Part shown: one piece after another, positions 28,331-41,828 of the stretch | Layout: every line of letters starts with the position of its first letter | Numbering within the stretch: position 1 is the stretch's first letter | From: Camelus ferus | Taxonomy: Eukaryota | Length of the DNA: 64,000 nt | Assembly (NCBI RefSeq): GCF_009834535.1 | Contig: NC_045696.1 | Span: forward strand, 49,416,001 to 49,480,000 | Direction: 5' to 3' | Notes under the pieces: generated by a model | What the model saw: only the letters and a program-made list of their open reading frames with translations | Databases searched by the model: none | Told to the model about the DNA's origin: nothing | Position numbers and translations under genes: made by a program

Positions 28331-28839
28331 AGTTCTTCCCAAAATCCCATTGGTGGGGCTGCATGAGTATTCCCTGGATTGCACCACATGACAAAATCTG
28401 CTTTGAAAGATCGGCTGTGAGTCCAACCTGAAGATGAGATGCCCAGGGAAAAGACGATACATGCTCAACTGGGAAGTCCCCCAAGTTTCTTTTGATCCCA
28501 CGCATCCTGTCTAGACTCTTATTTGCCACTGTCGGGTAGAGCTCTTTAGGACACCCAGGCATCAGACCACTGTGGGCCACGGGTATAAATGTTCGAGGTC
28601 AGCTCTAGATTAGCTTCAAGTTTAGCTTCAACCCCTCCATAAATTCCTGGAAGTATTTATTTGCTGGTCAGATCTAAGTGCCCCCCTTTTGGATGGGATT
28701 TGAGCATATGCCAGATGGGGCCATTTGCTCAGACCAATGAGCTGACTGAGAACTTGCCAGTGTCACTGGACCTTCAGGCTTCATGGGCGCCCTGACCGCA
28801 TGCACTTCTTGTACCCACCAGACACAGTACTGTCAACAT

Positions 28840-29000
28840 GGTAACGGGGAGCCTGGACTCAAGGCAAGAGACCTGGCCTCAAGTCCTGACTGTGCTACCA
28901 TGTATCTTTGTGACCTTGGTTGTCTCACTTAACCCCTTGTGTCAATTTCCTTGGCTACAAAATGAGGGAATTGGATGAGAAGACTGCCAAGATCAGACCT
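28840..29000 (+). mobile_element. MIR SINE fragment
   Basis: agacctggcctcaagtcctgactgtgctacc...tgtgaccttgg...cacttaacccc...caatttccttggctacaaaatgaggg. Confidence 0.7.
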
Positions 29001-29978
29001 CTTTTCGCTGGAATAGTGTAATGATTGATAATGCATTGAAAACTGTTACAAAGTAATTTACATACATTTTGTCTCTGCCAATATTCTAAGTAGCTGGAAA
29101 TGTGACTTACAAAAACAATTTTTTTTGAAAGCTCTCCTTTATTAATTAAAATGGGAAAGAAGAAAATAGTGTAATATCTATTTGATGTCTACCATGCACC
29201 AGGCACTGTCTGGGGTGTTTCTTCTTTTGTGATTTCAATGTAATTCCTCTAAAAACTCAGAAAATTCCTGTTCCACTCAGAAGACTCTGAGAAATTCTCA
29301 TTCCAGACAAGAAAGCAGACTCAGAAGTAAAATAACTTGCCTGAGTTTACAGAGCCAGTAAATGACAGTACTAGTGCTCAAGTTGAGGTTTTATGATGCT
29401 AAATCCAGTACTATGGATAGCTCAGATCCTGCAGGTGGAGGAGCCCCTTCCCTGTAAATTAACCAGCTGGTCCAGGGGAGAGTGACTGAGGCTAACAACA
29501 CATGAGAACAGGGCTCCCTGCCCGTCATCTCAAGCTTTCCTTCAGGGTCCTCTGGAAGGTTTAGGTCAGCAACTCAGTCTCTGACTAAATAGCCAGATGA
29601 ATGTCTGTCTCCTTTCTGCTCTCACTAACTCTTCTTTCTTAAAGAGGAAAAATAAAAATAAAGCATAGCTAAGTATTAAAGGCAAAATCAATGCTGCATT
29701 TTTAATCAAGTAAATGCTAGCAAAACTCCCAAGTTTAAAATCCCAAGGCAAACATAGCTGAGCCCATTGTATGGCAGAGGAAGGAATTAATACCGTACAT
29801 GCTAATGAAAAATTTTAAGAATTTGCAGGCACATTGGATTGTAGCATCACAAGGAGTCACAACTTTACGTTTTCTGCCTTTCTATGTGATTAAAATATTG
29901 ATTTTGAAGCTGCATTAACTTTAACCATGATTCTTTCCTACTTTATGAAACTTTCATTAAGAAAATGAAGCACCATTA

Positions 29979-31243
29979 AAGACTTAAATATAAAACAAGA
30001 CACAATAAATCTCCTCAAAGAAAACATAGGCAAAACATTCTCTGACATAAATCTTAGCAACGTTCTCCTAGGTCCCAGGCAATGGAAATAAGAGCAAAAA
30101 TAAACAAATGGGACCTAATTAAATTCATAAGCTTTTGCACAGCAAAGGAAACCATAAGCAAAACAAAATGACAACCTATGGAATGAGAGAAAATATTTGC
30201 AAATGATATGACTGACAAAGGCTTAATTTCCAGAATATATGAACAGCTCATACAACTTAATAAAAAAAACAACAAACAACCCAATCCAAAAATGGGCAGA
30301 AGATCTAAACAAGCCTTTCTCCAGTGAAGACATACGAATGGCCAATAGACATATGAAAAAATGCTCAGTATCACTAATTATCAGAGAAATGCAAATCAAA
30401 ACTACAGTGAGGTATCACCTCACCCCAGTCAGAATGGCCATCATTCAAAAGTCCACAAACAATAAATGTTGGAGAGGGTGTGGAGAAAAGGAAACCCTCC
30501 TACACTGTTGGTGTGAATGTAGTTTGGTGCAGCCACTATGGAAAACAGTATGGAGATTCTTTAAAAAACTAAAAATAAACTTACCATATGATCCAGCAAT
30601 CCCACTTCTTGGTATTTATCTGGAGGGAACTCTAATGTGAAAAGATACATGCACCCCAATGTTCATAGCAGCACTACATACAATAGCCAAGACATGGAAG
30701 CAACCTAAATGTCCATCGACAGATGACTGGATGAAGAAGTTGTGGTATATTTATACAATGGAACACTACTCTCCATAAAAAGAATAAAATAATGCCATTT
30801 GCAGCAACATGGCTGGACCTAGAGATTGTCATTCTAAGTGAAGTAAGCCAGAAAGAGAAAGAAAAATACCATATCCTATCACTCATATGTGGAATCTTAA
30901 AAAAAAGAAAAGGATACTATAAACTCATCTACAAAACAGAAACAGACTCAGACACTTACTAAACAATCTTACGGTTACCAGGGAAGGAGAGTGAGAGGGG
31001 ATAAATTTGGGAGTTTGAGATTTACAAATGTTAGCTACTATATATAAAAATAGATTTAAAAAAATTTTTTTGTCTAGCACAGAGAACTATGTTCAATATC
31101 TTGTAATAACCTTTAATGGAAAAAATATGAAAACGAAGATATGTATGTATATGCATTCCTGGGACATTGTGCTGTACACCAGAGATTGACCCATTGTAAT
31201 TGACTGTACTTCAGTTTAAAAACACACACACACACACACACAC
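29979..31243 (+). mobile_element. 5'-truncated young LINE-1 (ORF2 C-terminus plus 3'UTR) with 16-bp TSD
   Basis: ORF 30239-30640 reads [16 protein letters not shown]...[46 protein letters not shown]...[16 protein letters not shown] aaatgaagca(c/t)catta at 29963-29978 and 31244-31259. The tail is a CA run. Confidence 0.95.
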
Positions 31244-34200
31244 AAATGAAGCATCATTATAAAGACCTGAAATATCAAAGAAAATACATGAAGGTGTTAT
31301 TGGTTCAATTAACATTCATAAAAGATGACAAAAGCTTAAAATGACTCTGAGTTCACACAGTAGGACCTTTAGGTTGTCAGACCTCAGTTCACACTTGGCA
31401 TCTGGCCCACGTTTAAACATGTAGTATTTTCTAGGCTTAGCTGTCTCCTTTGCCCCCAACGCTCTATCCTTTACTTAGTGTTCAGTTTGCCCTCATCTCC
31501 CACCACTACCACCACTGGTTTCATTTCATCTAGCTCAGAAAGGGCTATTAATATCTAGATTGGTTAACTCCAGGAGCTAATAGTCCTTGCCAGTGTTGAT
31601 CTAGGGAAAAGCTACCTATCTGTCATCCATCTAGATTGTAAACAGGGTCCTTACAGTCTAGGGCCGTGAGAGTTTCCAGGTACTTTATTTCCTATTTTGT
31701 TCTCTAAATGCCTCTGGTTTGGTTTCAGTATAGACTCAGGTATGGGGACTACGTGAAGTAGATACAGTGATCATGGACTGTGAGAGTAATTGCTTTAATG
31801 AGGGGTCTGATGAGCTTCTGTTGGTACCCCAGGGAGCATGGCAGAAGGGGCTATGTTTATAATTGACTCTAATCCGCTCTAATCTTCCACCTTCACCTCC
31901 CCAAGAATTAAGTGATTGATTTTTGGTCTCTTGAAAGAAAATAAAGACCTCCTGGGATGAAACTTGGCAGCTGCCCAAAGACAAAGAGACAGTCCGGGGC
32001 TGGCACCATTTGTATTTGGACGTGGAGAACTGTCTGGACCTGATCAGGTGGCTTTCCCGCCACGTCCCCTAGAAGCTCAGTTTGGGGTTCCTAACTGAGA
32101 ACTAGCATGGTCCTGGGTCAGGGGTTAGATAGAATTTCATAACCGTTTCTTCACCTCAATGCCAGATACCCATAAGACAAATGTGGCAAAGAATGGTGTG
32201 CGTGAAGCTAACCCTTCAGCACTCTGCTTCCTCTAAGACTCACCCCTCCCTCGCTGTCCCCCAGGCCCACGGCCTGTGGTTCCCAGTTTGCTGCTCTGAA
32301 GCTGCAGCACCCCCCTTTTTCTCCTCACCCGACTCGGGAAAGCTACAGCATGTGTGCTTTCCCCTAACAAAATTCATTCCCTTGTATATACTGGTGTCAG
32401 CTGGTACAGCGATGAGCTGTTGGGAGAGGGAGAAGCTATCATTTTAAATTGGATATTATTCACTTGAATTCTTGGTTCTTTTTTAATCTTCTAGTGAAAA
32501 TGGGTCTATAAACCAACGTGAATGGAGACCTTCTCTCTTCCTTCTTCCCTCCCACCCTCCTGTTCTCCCCATGCTCTGCCCCCGCCCATCCACACCCCAT
32601 CCTGCCCTCCCATCCTCTCAGCTGTTCCCCCGCTGGGGAAGGAAGACCTTCTATTCTCTATTATTTATAACCTCAGACTTGGGCCCTCCGTTCTTCCTTC
32701 CCCATTACCTTGCCTGATCTGTGTGAGAGACACAGCAGATGCCCCACAAGGATGGTTGAACAAGGACTTTTACTTTTCATTATGCAGAAATATTTTTAAA
32801 AATTAAACAAAAAATTTTAAACTAACTTTAAAAAAGACACCTACTGAGTTTCTGTTTCTCCCTGTCTACCCCGTAGTCAGCACATGTAATTGTCCTCTCT
32901 CCTCCCTTAGTACCTCGACCGCTCAACCTCCTGACATCACCACCTTGCCAAATGCAACCTCCTGTCGCACTGACACAGGGCTCTCCGATCCTGCTCCCCG
33001 ACGCCAAGTACTGTTGATTCCAGCCCAGAGTCACCCTGTCATCATCTACCACATCCTCGCCTCTGCTCAGGAGTCCTTTTCCTCATTTCCTTGCCCTCCC
33101 ATCACCATCCTCCCAGCTGACAGCCCCAGACTCCCTGCTCCCCTTTCCTCAGGGCTCCTCTCTCACTGATTTTCAGCAAATAACCCAACTTCTCTTCCAT
33201 TTATATACAAAGTTGCGGGCTGAGAGCTGAATTTCTCTAACTTTCTTACTCTCCACATCCCAGTTTTACCATGATATTTCTTATCTTCCCTGTCAAAACA
33301 GAAATGTTCCCTCCACCTTTTTTATTTTTGCAGTCTGATCACTCCATCTGTGCTCTGCATCTCGGCCCTCTTAATCTTCTCCTGGACACTTTCCTGTAAA
33401 TTTTTCACTCTTTCTTGAATTATTAGTCTCTTCTGTTTCATCTGCTTCCCCTTAGCCTAAAACAAATGCTGTATCACCGAAAATCCTGTCCTAAACATAC
33501 TTAACTGCTTCCCACTTCTGCTACCAAGCTTTTTTTTTCTCAAAAGAATCGTCCATTCTCTGAAGTTCCATCTCTGTGCACATGGTACTTCTGCTACCGC
33601 CTATTTGAACTTATTGGTGAGAAACAGAGCAGGAGGGAGGATAGACAGAGAAGGGAAGAAGGAAGAAAACAGAACTTCAGGAAGACTAGTATTACGGAGT
33701 GGCCCTCAGAGAAGATGGGGCAGGGTGGGCCCTGGCAGTGTGTGGGGGTGGAGTCGGGAGCAGAAGAGCACTGCCCTGGACTTGCCCCCGAAGCCAGAGC
33801 ACACTTCACAGGGACCCCACCCTCTGAGCAAGGGGAGTCAGGACAGGAAAGAGCCAATGTTCCATTGCAGCCAGGTGAACCCTTAACCCAGTCAGTTCCT
33901 GGGCGAGTTGCTGGGACAGGGGAGTGGAGTCCCTGTGCCGCAGGTCCAGGGCTGAACTTGGCCTCCAGACAAAGCCTGCTGGGCAGATGGATCAGTCACC
34001 TGCTGCCGCTCAGCCTTGGATGGAGCTACCAGAGGATGAAGGCATCTTCTGCTTCGGTGGTTTGTGCCCCTCAGCCCCCACCCACTAACCCACCCACATC
34101 TCTAGCCCCAAGTACTTCAGTGTTAACAAAGCGCTTACTAATCTCCAGGCTGTGTTCCGATTTAAGTTTGTTGACTCTTCTCTCAGGGCCTATGTCAGAT

Positions 34201-34584
34201 GCTGTCTTTTTTATTTAAATTAATGAAAATTGTTCTTGGTCTTTAACCTAATCGGCAAACTTCAGGATCTCTCATCGAACTTCTATTTGTAAGAAGAAAA
34301 GCCAGACCATGGTTTGAGTCTAATTCAAAGAGAGTGCTTTATTGTTTTGTCACTGAGGCCTTGAGCCAAACAGATCCAGTTTATGTCAGAAAATATTAAA
34401 GGACCAACTCTGCAACATGTGGATTTAGGGGCATGTGCCACATTTGATGTGGGAAAGAGAGGAATGTCCCATGATTGGATATAAGGGAAATGTCGGAAGC
34501 AGGAGTCCTTAATAATAACCTAAAAGGAAATGAGTGAGAAAACCAGTGCAGAAAGAACCCTGGAGTCTTTCTCAGCCAAAAGAG

Positions 34585-34612
34585 AAAAAAAAAAAAAAAA
34601 AAAAAAAAAAAA
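34585..34612 (+). repeat. A28 homopolymer
   Basis: Read directly from the sequence. Confidence 0.95.
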
Positions 34613-36099
34613 GCCTCCTCGTTGAGACAGACTATACTGAACCTGAATAAATGTCATCAGTAAGAATATTCATCCTAGTGTTCCCACTTTCTTTTATGGT
34701 GTCATTATTCTAGGCAAGGAATTTTCCTGTCTGGTGTCCACTGAGCCCCTGTACATCATGGACACATGAGCACTAACTTGCTCAGGGAACGCCACTGGCA
34801 GCAGAGCCCAGGGAAATTGTGCCGTCCATTTCAGATGGCTCACATTCCAGACACACTGTTATCCCAAGCCATTGCTGGCTCCCTTGAAAGCAATAAGTGG
34901 ACAACATAGGAAGCTGTCAGGAAATCCAATATCTAAACCCAATATGAGATTGCGGCCCCAATCTAATAAGAATAGATTCATTTTGCTTTGTTCCTGTTTT
35001 GTCACCTGCTTTGTGGGGAGAGTGAAATGTGATAGATCAGAACGTTATGGTCATCTCTGAGTACATGTGGCCTCACTGTTCCCTAAGCTTTGTGCCAAAC
35101 ATTTCGCGCCATGTGAATTCACAGAGACGGGGCTTCCTAGCTGTCCCCTCCTTTCTGTCACGGTGTTTCAACCTTCTTTTGCTAAGGAAGCTTAAAAGAC
35201 TTCCTCACACTTAGCTTAAAAGATTCAATTGTTGAATGATCTGGGACTAATTTAAATTCACCAATGAATTTAAAAGAAATGAAGACATTCATCTGGTCTA
35301 GATTAAGTCGTATTGAACCGACACCACTCCAGGAAGCAACTGGGGCAGGTACATTGACTAACTTGCCTATGTTTTCTGTGGAATCTACAGTTTTAATAAA
35401 ATGTACATTTGATTTGAGCAAAATTGCCAAGGAGGCAAAAGAATAGAGAAACTGAGACCTCAGACTCTTCCAATTTAGTAGTTTTTTTTTTTTTTTTGAG
35501 TAGGTAGATTTATTAATTCAATTTTGTGTCTTTTATGGTGGCTCTATGCCTTAACCAGAACATCTGTATATTGGGTGGCTGTTTACTTTAGGCTTTGATG
35601 TAAGCCCTAGCAAGATCTTCCCATTAATCCAATCACTACAACAGGCCATGATTAATTTACTGTAGCATTGATTTTTTAAGGATCAGAGAAAAAGCCTCCT
35701 TAGCCAGGGCAGGGAGCGGGGAGGAGGCACATTAAGGAATTACAAGCTGCATCCGCCAGAGCAAAGAGTCATCCAAATAATTTGTTGTCATTGTTCATGT
35801 TTTATATGGTCTGTCATCTTATGTATATTTCATGGAAATCTCTTATAACTTAATGGCAGGCCAAGTGAACTACTAAATGTTGGGTCTCTAGAAGTTTATT
35901 TAGTGTTGATCATTAAATTCATCCTGAATCAATGAACTAGAAGGCCAGTTTCATTTCTGTAATAATTAACAATTTACTATTTTACTAATGGGGAAACCCC
36001 AGCCCAGTAAAGTTAAATGACCTTACTGTCCAGCCTCACTGAGTTGGAGAAGAGCTCTGTCTAGAAACCGTCTTCCTTCTCTTAACTCCCCTCCCTTGT

Positions 36100-36360
36100 G
36101 TGTTATTTGTTTAATATTACTGCATCGCTACACGATGGGCCAGACTCTGTACCGAGCGCTTTCACGTATGCGACCTCACTGAACTCTCACAGCCACCTTG
36201 GAGGATGGGTATTGTCATAGTCTTCATCTTTGTGGTCAGAAAACTGAAGCTCCAAGAACTTAACCTACTTGACCAAGGTCATTTAACTAACAGCTAGTGA
36301 ATCCCAGAAGTTAAACAAAAGTTTGTTTCATTCTAAACCCTCAGTTCCTAACCATGCCCT
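36100..36360 (-). mobile_element. MIR SINE
   Basis: gccagactctgtaccgagcgctttcacgtatgcgacctcactgaactctcacagccacc...agaaaactgaagctc...acttgaccaaggtca. Confidence 0.8.
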
Positions 36361-37196
36361 GGACATAACGCTACTTGGAAAGATGACATTGCAGCCCTGT
36401 CTGGTGCTTTCCTCATGTCCCCAGGGCCTCCCTTGTGATTTTCTAAATTGCTCATGCTCTGAGCTCCAACCCTTGTCTGAAAATCATTCTTTGACCAGCT
36501 TTTGGTTCATACATCATTGTCTGCTAGAGATTCGAAACATAGCTGGGAACTTTAGTTAATGATGGATGGCACTAACCAGAACACCAGTCACTTTTTGTCA
36601 GATCTTTTGAATCTTCAGTTGATACAGGTAGAGAAAAATAAATTCAGATTGTTTTCATCAAGGAAAGAGTTAGGCAGTAAGTGCAAACTAACATTTTGGC
36701 CAAAAGTTATTGTTATCATTAGAAAAACAGTTTAGAAAGTGCTGCACATTTTGTATTAATAATAGCTAATTTTGCTGCGGGCTTACTTGGGTACCAGGCA
36801 CTTTACATCTCATGCCTCTTTGCACCCACCCTATTTTACAGACACAGCAGCACAGAGAGGTTAAGCATCTCGTTTAAGGCCACAGTTGGGAAATGGCAGA
36901 GCAAAGAACTGCAGCAGATCTAACTCAAGTGCCCACATTCTACCCTCAGTTGCTCCAAATTGATAAAGATATTTCTCTTTCTGTGTACAGGTGTAGGTGT
37001 GATAATCCCTGTAGTTAGAAACATGAGGTGGTAAGACGTTAAACAAAGATGAAAAGAATGAAAAAATTTTTAAGTAGAAGTAATATTTTTCAAAAATTAG
37101 AAGGCTAAATGAACAATTAGCAGGTATTGAGTATGAGTAAGAGAAATTATTTTAAAAGACTAGAGAATATGGAGATGATTTTGCTTCATGATGTCT

Positions 37197-37635
37197 TTAG
37201 TGGTTGGAATGGTGCCCCTCCCAGCAAATCATGCCATGGCTTAATCCTCAGTACCTGTAAATGTGACCTAATTTGAAAAAGAGTCTTTGCAGATGTAATT
37301 AAGTTAAAGATCTCGAGATGCGATCATCCTGGATTAACCGGGTGGGCCTAAATTCAGTGACTAATTTCTTATTAGAAATAGAAGAGAAGATGACAGTGAG
37401 ACGAAGAGGAGGCCAGATGAAGGCTGAAGCATGACATTGGAGTGATGCTGACAGACCCCAGAAGCTCAGGAGCCAATGAACAGATTGTTTCCTAGAGCCT
37501 TTGGAGGGAGGGCAGCCCAGCTGACACCTTGATTTTGAACTTCTTGTCTCCAGAATTGTTATAGAATAAAGCTCTGTTCTTTTAAGCCACCAAGTTTCTG
37601 GTAATTTGTTACAGTAGCCCTAGAAAACTAATGCA
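37197..37635 (+). mobile_element. MLT1-family (ERVL-MaLR) solo LTR
   Basis: tagtggttggaatggtgcccctccc...tacctgtaaatgtgacc...ctttgcagatgtaattaagttaaagatctcgagatg...gacaccttgattttgaacttc...aataaa...ttaagccaccaagtttctggtaatttgttacagtagccctagaaaactaatgca. Confidence 0.9.
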
Positions 37636-38594
37636 ACATGTTGTACCATTCAATCTCTACATAAGAAATTGTATCTCCAATATCTCTATCCAGTGGATTT
37701 AGTGTAAACCATGACAACGTGTGAGGATCCAGGACTGCCTGGACCCTCACCGTTCCCCCTCAGATGGTGGTATAGAATGTCTTGATAGAGACACGTGAAA
37801 GAGGAGTCTTAGCTCATGGTTTGTGGCTAAGTGGGTCCTGCTACCCGCTTTAAAACCAATCGGTTTCTGGTTTGCTAATTCTCAAGTATCTATCTCCACT
37901 CCTAATAGGTCACGGGAGTATTTTCCTGGCCTATGATATTTCATGCTCCATGTTAGGCTTCTTTCCTACATTATAAAGGTAAAGAATTTGTTGGAAAAAT
38001 CCAAGGGTTTCCCCAAATAAGGATTTCAAGTTGATGCCTGTGCTCTGTCCCCTCTTTACCTGTCAGGGGAATGTAGTCCTACCTAGGCTGCTGAGACCTA
38101 ATGAAAAAAAGAAGTCTTTAAAATGATTATACTTGGTCTCCACAGGAATGCTTTTGACATACAAGGAAGTGACAAACTGATGGAGCTGAAAAGTGCTGTT
38201 CCTTTGCCTCTTTAAAGGCAAGAACTAAATGCTACTCTACAATGGTGAGAGTCTCAAAAGAATGTCTTAGTCACTCTGTATGGAACATAAGGACACACAG
38301 TCTCCTGATTTCAACGGTTTTCTTCCATGAAATCTGGGATCCTCCCCTCTATTGCCAGTAGGGGGAGCTCTTTCCCATGACAGGACATAACACCTCATTG
38401 CACAAGACTAAAGGAAGAAAATGATGCTCAGCTGGTTCTCATCCGTCACCCTGCTGAACATTCTCTCACTGGGGGTTTCTGAGGTGCCTCCTCACCAGTA
38501 AGCTGGTCACTCAGCACGAGCCCTGTCCTGGTTCAGGTGGACCAGCAAAGAAAGCCTCCAGCCCTCTGCTGCTACAGTAACTGAGGGCCATACA

Positions 38595-39085
38595 GCTGGG
38601 GTGCTGGGTATTACCTGTCTGTCCCTCTGGGTCCATCCTACTCACCGTCCTGGGAGGCGACGCTGTGTGGACTATGTAAATGAGCTCCCTTAACCTCTGG
38701 TTCAGCCCAAGGTGCACATAAACATCTCGACGCCATTCTCCTTCTTCTGTTTGACAAAATAGAAATTACATGTTTGTTAAAATTACTTGAAAAGATAGAG
38801 GTAGGGAAAAAAATGAGGTCGAGATGTTTAAATCCTCATGTCCCCACCTGAGGGGTTGACATGGCTTGGCCACACTAATGGACACACATTTCCCATCAGG
38901 AGGTCCTCTCTCAACAGTCACCCTCTCTGGTGATCCTCTCACATGTCCCCTCAGTGTTGCTGGTTCTGAGAACTATGCCATCGCTTGTTGTTTCCCTTAT
39001 ACCCACCACACATTTATAAATAAACTCTGTGTTAATATCTACTCAGTTGTCACCTTTGAGTGCACCTTCTGTTTTCTGCTTAGCA
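38595..39085 (+). mobile_element. ERVL LTR33/LTR16-like LTR remnant
   Basis: ggaggcgacgctgtgtggactatgtaaatgagctccct...ctctgg and a 3' end aataaactctg...tttgagtgcaccttctgttttctgct resemble LTR33-type elements (from memory). Confidence 0.5.
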
Positions 39086-40309
39086 GCTCTGGAGTAACAC
39101 AGCTCCCAGGGAGCAATTACTTCAGTGAACGCTAAGCCACGAGTGACAGCAGAAGTTGCATCGTGACTTTTCTGATACTTTAAAAATATGATAACGCCTA
39201 TATGTAAGAGAGCTAGACTTTGCCATGTTCATTTCCCCATAGTTAGAGCATTATACCGTTTAACTCTGGCTATCAAAGAATCTTGTCATTGGTTTGTCAC
39301 CCGTATTTCATCTTAAGTACTGCTATTGAATTCCATGCTCATGTGACAAGGATTTCTGTATTTTCTACAGTGGTTTGAGCATTCATCAAGTCAGCCATGA
39401 AATGTCTTAAAATTTATATTCACTTTGTCAAGGTGTTTTCTGCTCTTTTACAAGCTGCTAATTTCTTTTACCTTATACACATCACAGAGGACCTAAAAGT
39501 CCATCTAACTGGTGGTAGATTCCGTGGGAGTCCTTGGGCTGGCCATCCTTACAGTGGTCCCCCAACCCCTCGATAACACTGAAAGGACGGCAGGGGAGAG
39601 GAAAAGTTCTTCGTCTTTGCTCTGTAGGTCAACTCTAGTGCCTGACGGAGTTGGAGCCCAATATTTGTTGAGAAGCTCATCAGAGAGAAGGATGTATCTT
39701 ATGTTTAGGACAGTTTGACCAACTTATTTCGATTTTGTGCATGTTGTGAGGTGAGTATGCAATATTGCTCCTATTGATGGGAAAAGGTGTTTCTTAGTCA
39801 AGAGAGTTTTATCAGAGAAGGGGGGCTGGAGATAGAGCAGAGAGAAAGGAGACAGCCTTTGTGTGCCTTCCTCCCAAGATCACAGCTGAGATAAGGGCCT
39901 TCTTCCAGTTACTTGGGGGTGTTATTCTCTGGAACAGGAAACTGAAAAGAATAAAGGAAGGAAGGAGGGAAAGCCAGCCCAGGGGTGCATTACTAAGCAG
40001 CTCACTCCGTAGACAATCTGTGTCCCTATAGGTGCCCTCTGAGGAGCACTTGAGAATCTGAGAATCGACCATCTAAACGTCAGGACAGGAGGGCTTATGC
40101 AGCAGCTTCTGCTTCTCGTTGGTCAAGTGTCCCTCCATGGGGCACTGACCCCTGGTACTTCCCAAGTTGTGTATGTGCCTGAGTGAATGAGCCGCTGTGT
40201 CTCCGCCCTGGAGATGCCCACGTCAGGAAGTAAGGGGTACTCAGGGCAGCTGGGGAGAGGAGCTTTCAGGTTGAATCCACAGCAGCTGGAGGGCAAAGGC
40301 GAGTTGAGA

Positions 40310-40700
40310 AGATGTTTGACAAGGCATAGAGGAGACTGATACATAAAGCCCCTGTCCTCAGAAAGCTTACATTCTAATGGAAAGTGACAACATACCAACA
40401 AGAAAATAAGGAACTTAACTTACAGTGATAAACATGACAAAGGAAATACAGCAGCTGATGTGACAGAGACCCATGGTGAGGGAGGAGGGCACAACCATGG
40501 GGTTGGAGAAGGCCTCCTGGAGGAAAGGACATCTGAACAACCCCAGAATGAAAAAATCCAGTCATGTAACAAGCCTGTGGAAGAGCATTCCTAACAGAGA
40601 AAATGGTAAATGCAGACACCCTGGGGTTTAGTGAACACGGAGAGGGACAGAAAGGAAAGAGGGGGCAGGACTGTGGTGAGGGAGTGAGTGCGGGGTCGGG
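40310..40700 (-). mobile_element. L2 LINE fragment
   Basis: cccctgtcctcagaaagcttacattctaatgg...gaaggcctcctggagg...gaagagcattcctaacagagaaaatgg is typical of antisense L2. Confidence 0.7.
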
Positions 40701-41789
40701 GTGGGGGGAGCTGCGGTGAGGTGCTGACTTCCTCTTGAGCATGCATATGTCCTAGAGATGTAGGAACAAAGGAGCTTGGACATTTACAGAACTGACATTT
40801 GAGGTTTGCACCTCTCACGGGTCCCTCTCGGGGTCTCTGAGCAGTTGTGTCACAAAGGCACACATTTGAGTTGCATGTGCTGTGAGGCTGGTGTGTGGGG
40901 GTAATTTGCTTTGCTAGGAAGTGAGTCTGGTCGACAAGCCGGCACCCACATTTCAACTCGGTTTTGTTGTCCTTTACTCGTGGCCACATACATAGCAACA
41001 CTCATGATATTTTTAATCTTTGTTTCTGTGGGAAAAACGTAGCCCTAGGTAAAGCCAAACCCTTGAGCTCAATATTTATGGTATAGATAACTCTGTGACT
41101 TCCAGTTCATCATTCCCCTCCCCTGGGCACCAGAGTCCTCATTTATCATATAAGGGGGTGATTCTTTTGAGGTTTTTTGATTCTATTACTGTGGTTAGAG
41201 TGTGAAATTGACACAAATGCTCCAAATTCCAAGTAGATTCTACCTTTCTTAGAAGCAATGAGGCATGATTCTGCTTTAGGAGGGGGAAAAGCTTTCCTAA
41301 CATTCTTGAACATGATCTCGTTTAGGGGGGAAAAAAAGCTTTGAGGCTCTTCGTCTTGCTTCAGAGCACTCTCCACTCCCGGTGTCTTCCACGATAACTT
41401 GTTTGCGTGGTCATCCCGTTCTCTCAGCCTGTGCCTTCCCAGTCAGGTGCCCCCGCCTGCACCAGTTGTGTGTATGGGGACAGAGGGAAGGCTGAAAAGG
41501 GAGAATTGCTTGGAGATGTAAATAGGAGACCCATAGTGTCTTCCCTGAGCAAAACCTGAGGGAAAAATACAGAACAAATGGCTAAAGAACAATGAAAATA
41601 GGATAAAACTGATGCTGAGTTATGTAACACCAGGGTGAGGTTAATTCAATAACTTCCATTTAAAAAAAGCATGCCTGGTTTCACCCAGAGAAGTAGTCAG
41701 AATTCCTCCGGAAAATTAACTTGAAAAACAAGTAAGCAAAATATAGAAACAGAAGCTTTTCTAACAAGTATAATATATATGTATGTGTT

Positions 41790-41793
<4 letters not shown>

Positions 41794-41827
<34 letters not shown>
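41794..41827 (+). repeat. (TG)17 microsatellite
   Basis: Read directly from the sequence. Confidence 0.95.

Positions 41828-41828
<1 letters not shown>

Noticed and set aside
5140..30560. Inverted similarity between the L1 pieces near 5.1-5.7 kb and 30.0-30.5 kb
   Set aside because: These are independent, diverged L1 insertions in opposite orientations, not a structural inverted duplication.
33715..34218. Longest ORF in the track (167 aa) and overlapping ORFs
   Set aside because: No recognisable domain. The region is GC-rich with open frames on both strands, as expected by chance.
35182..35446. Opposite-strand ORFs next to a poly(T) run, considered as a processed pseudogene or endogenous viral element
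   Set aside because: I recognise no protein similarity, the poly(A) would lie at the wrong end of the minus-strand ORF, and I see no TSD. A BLASTX search would settle it.
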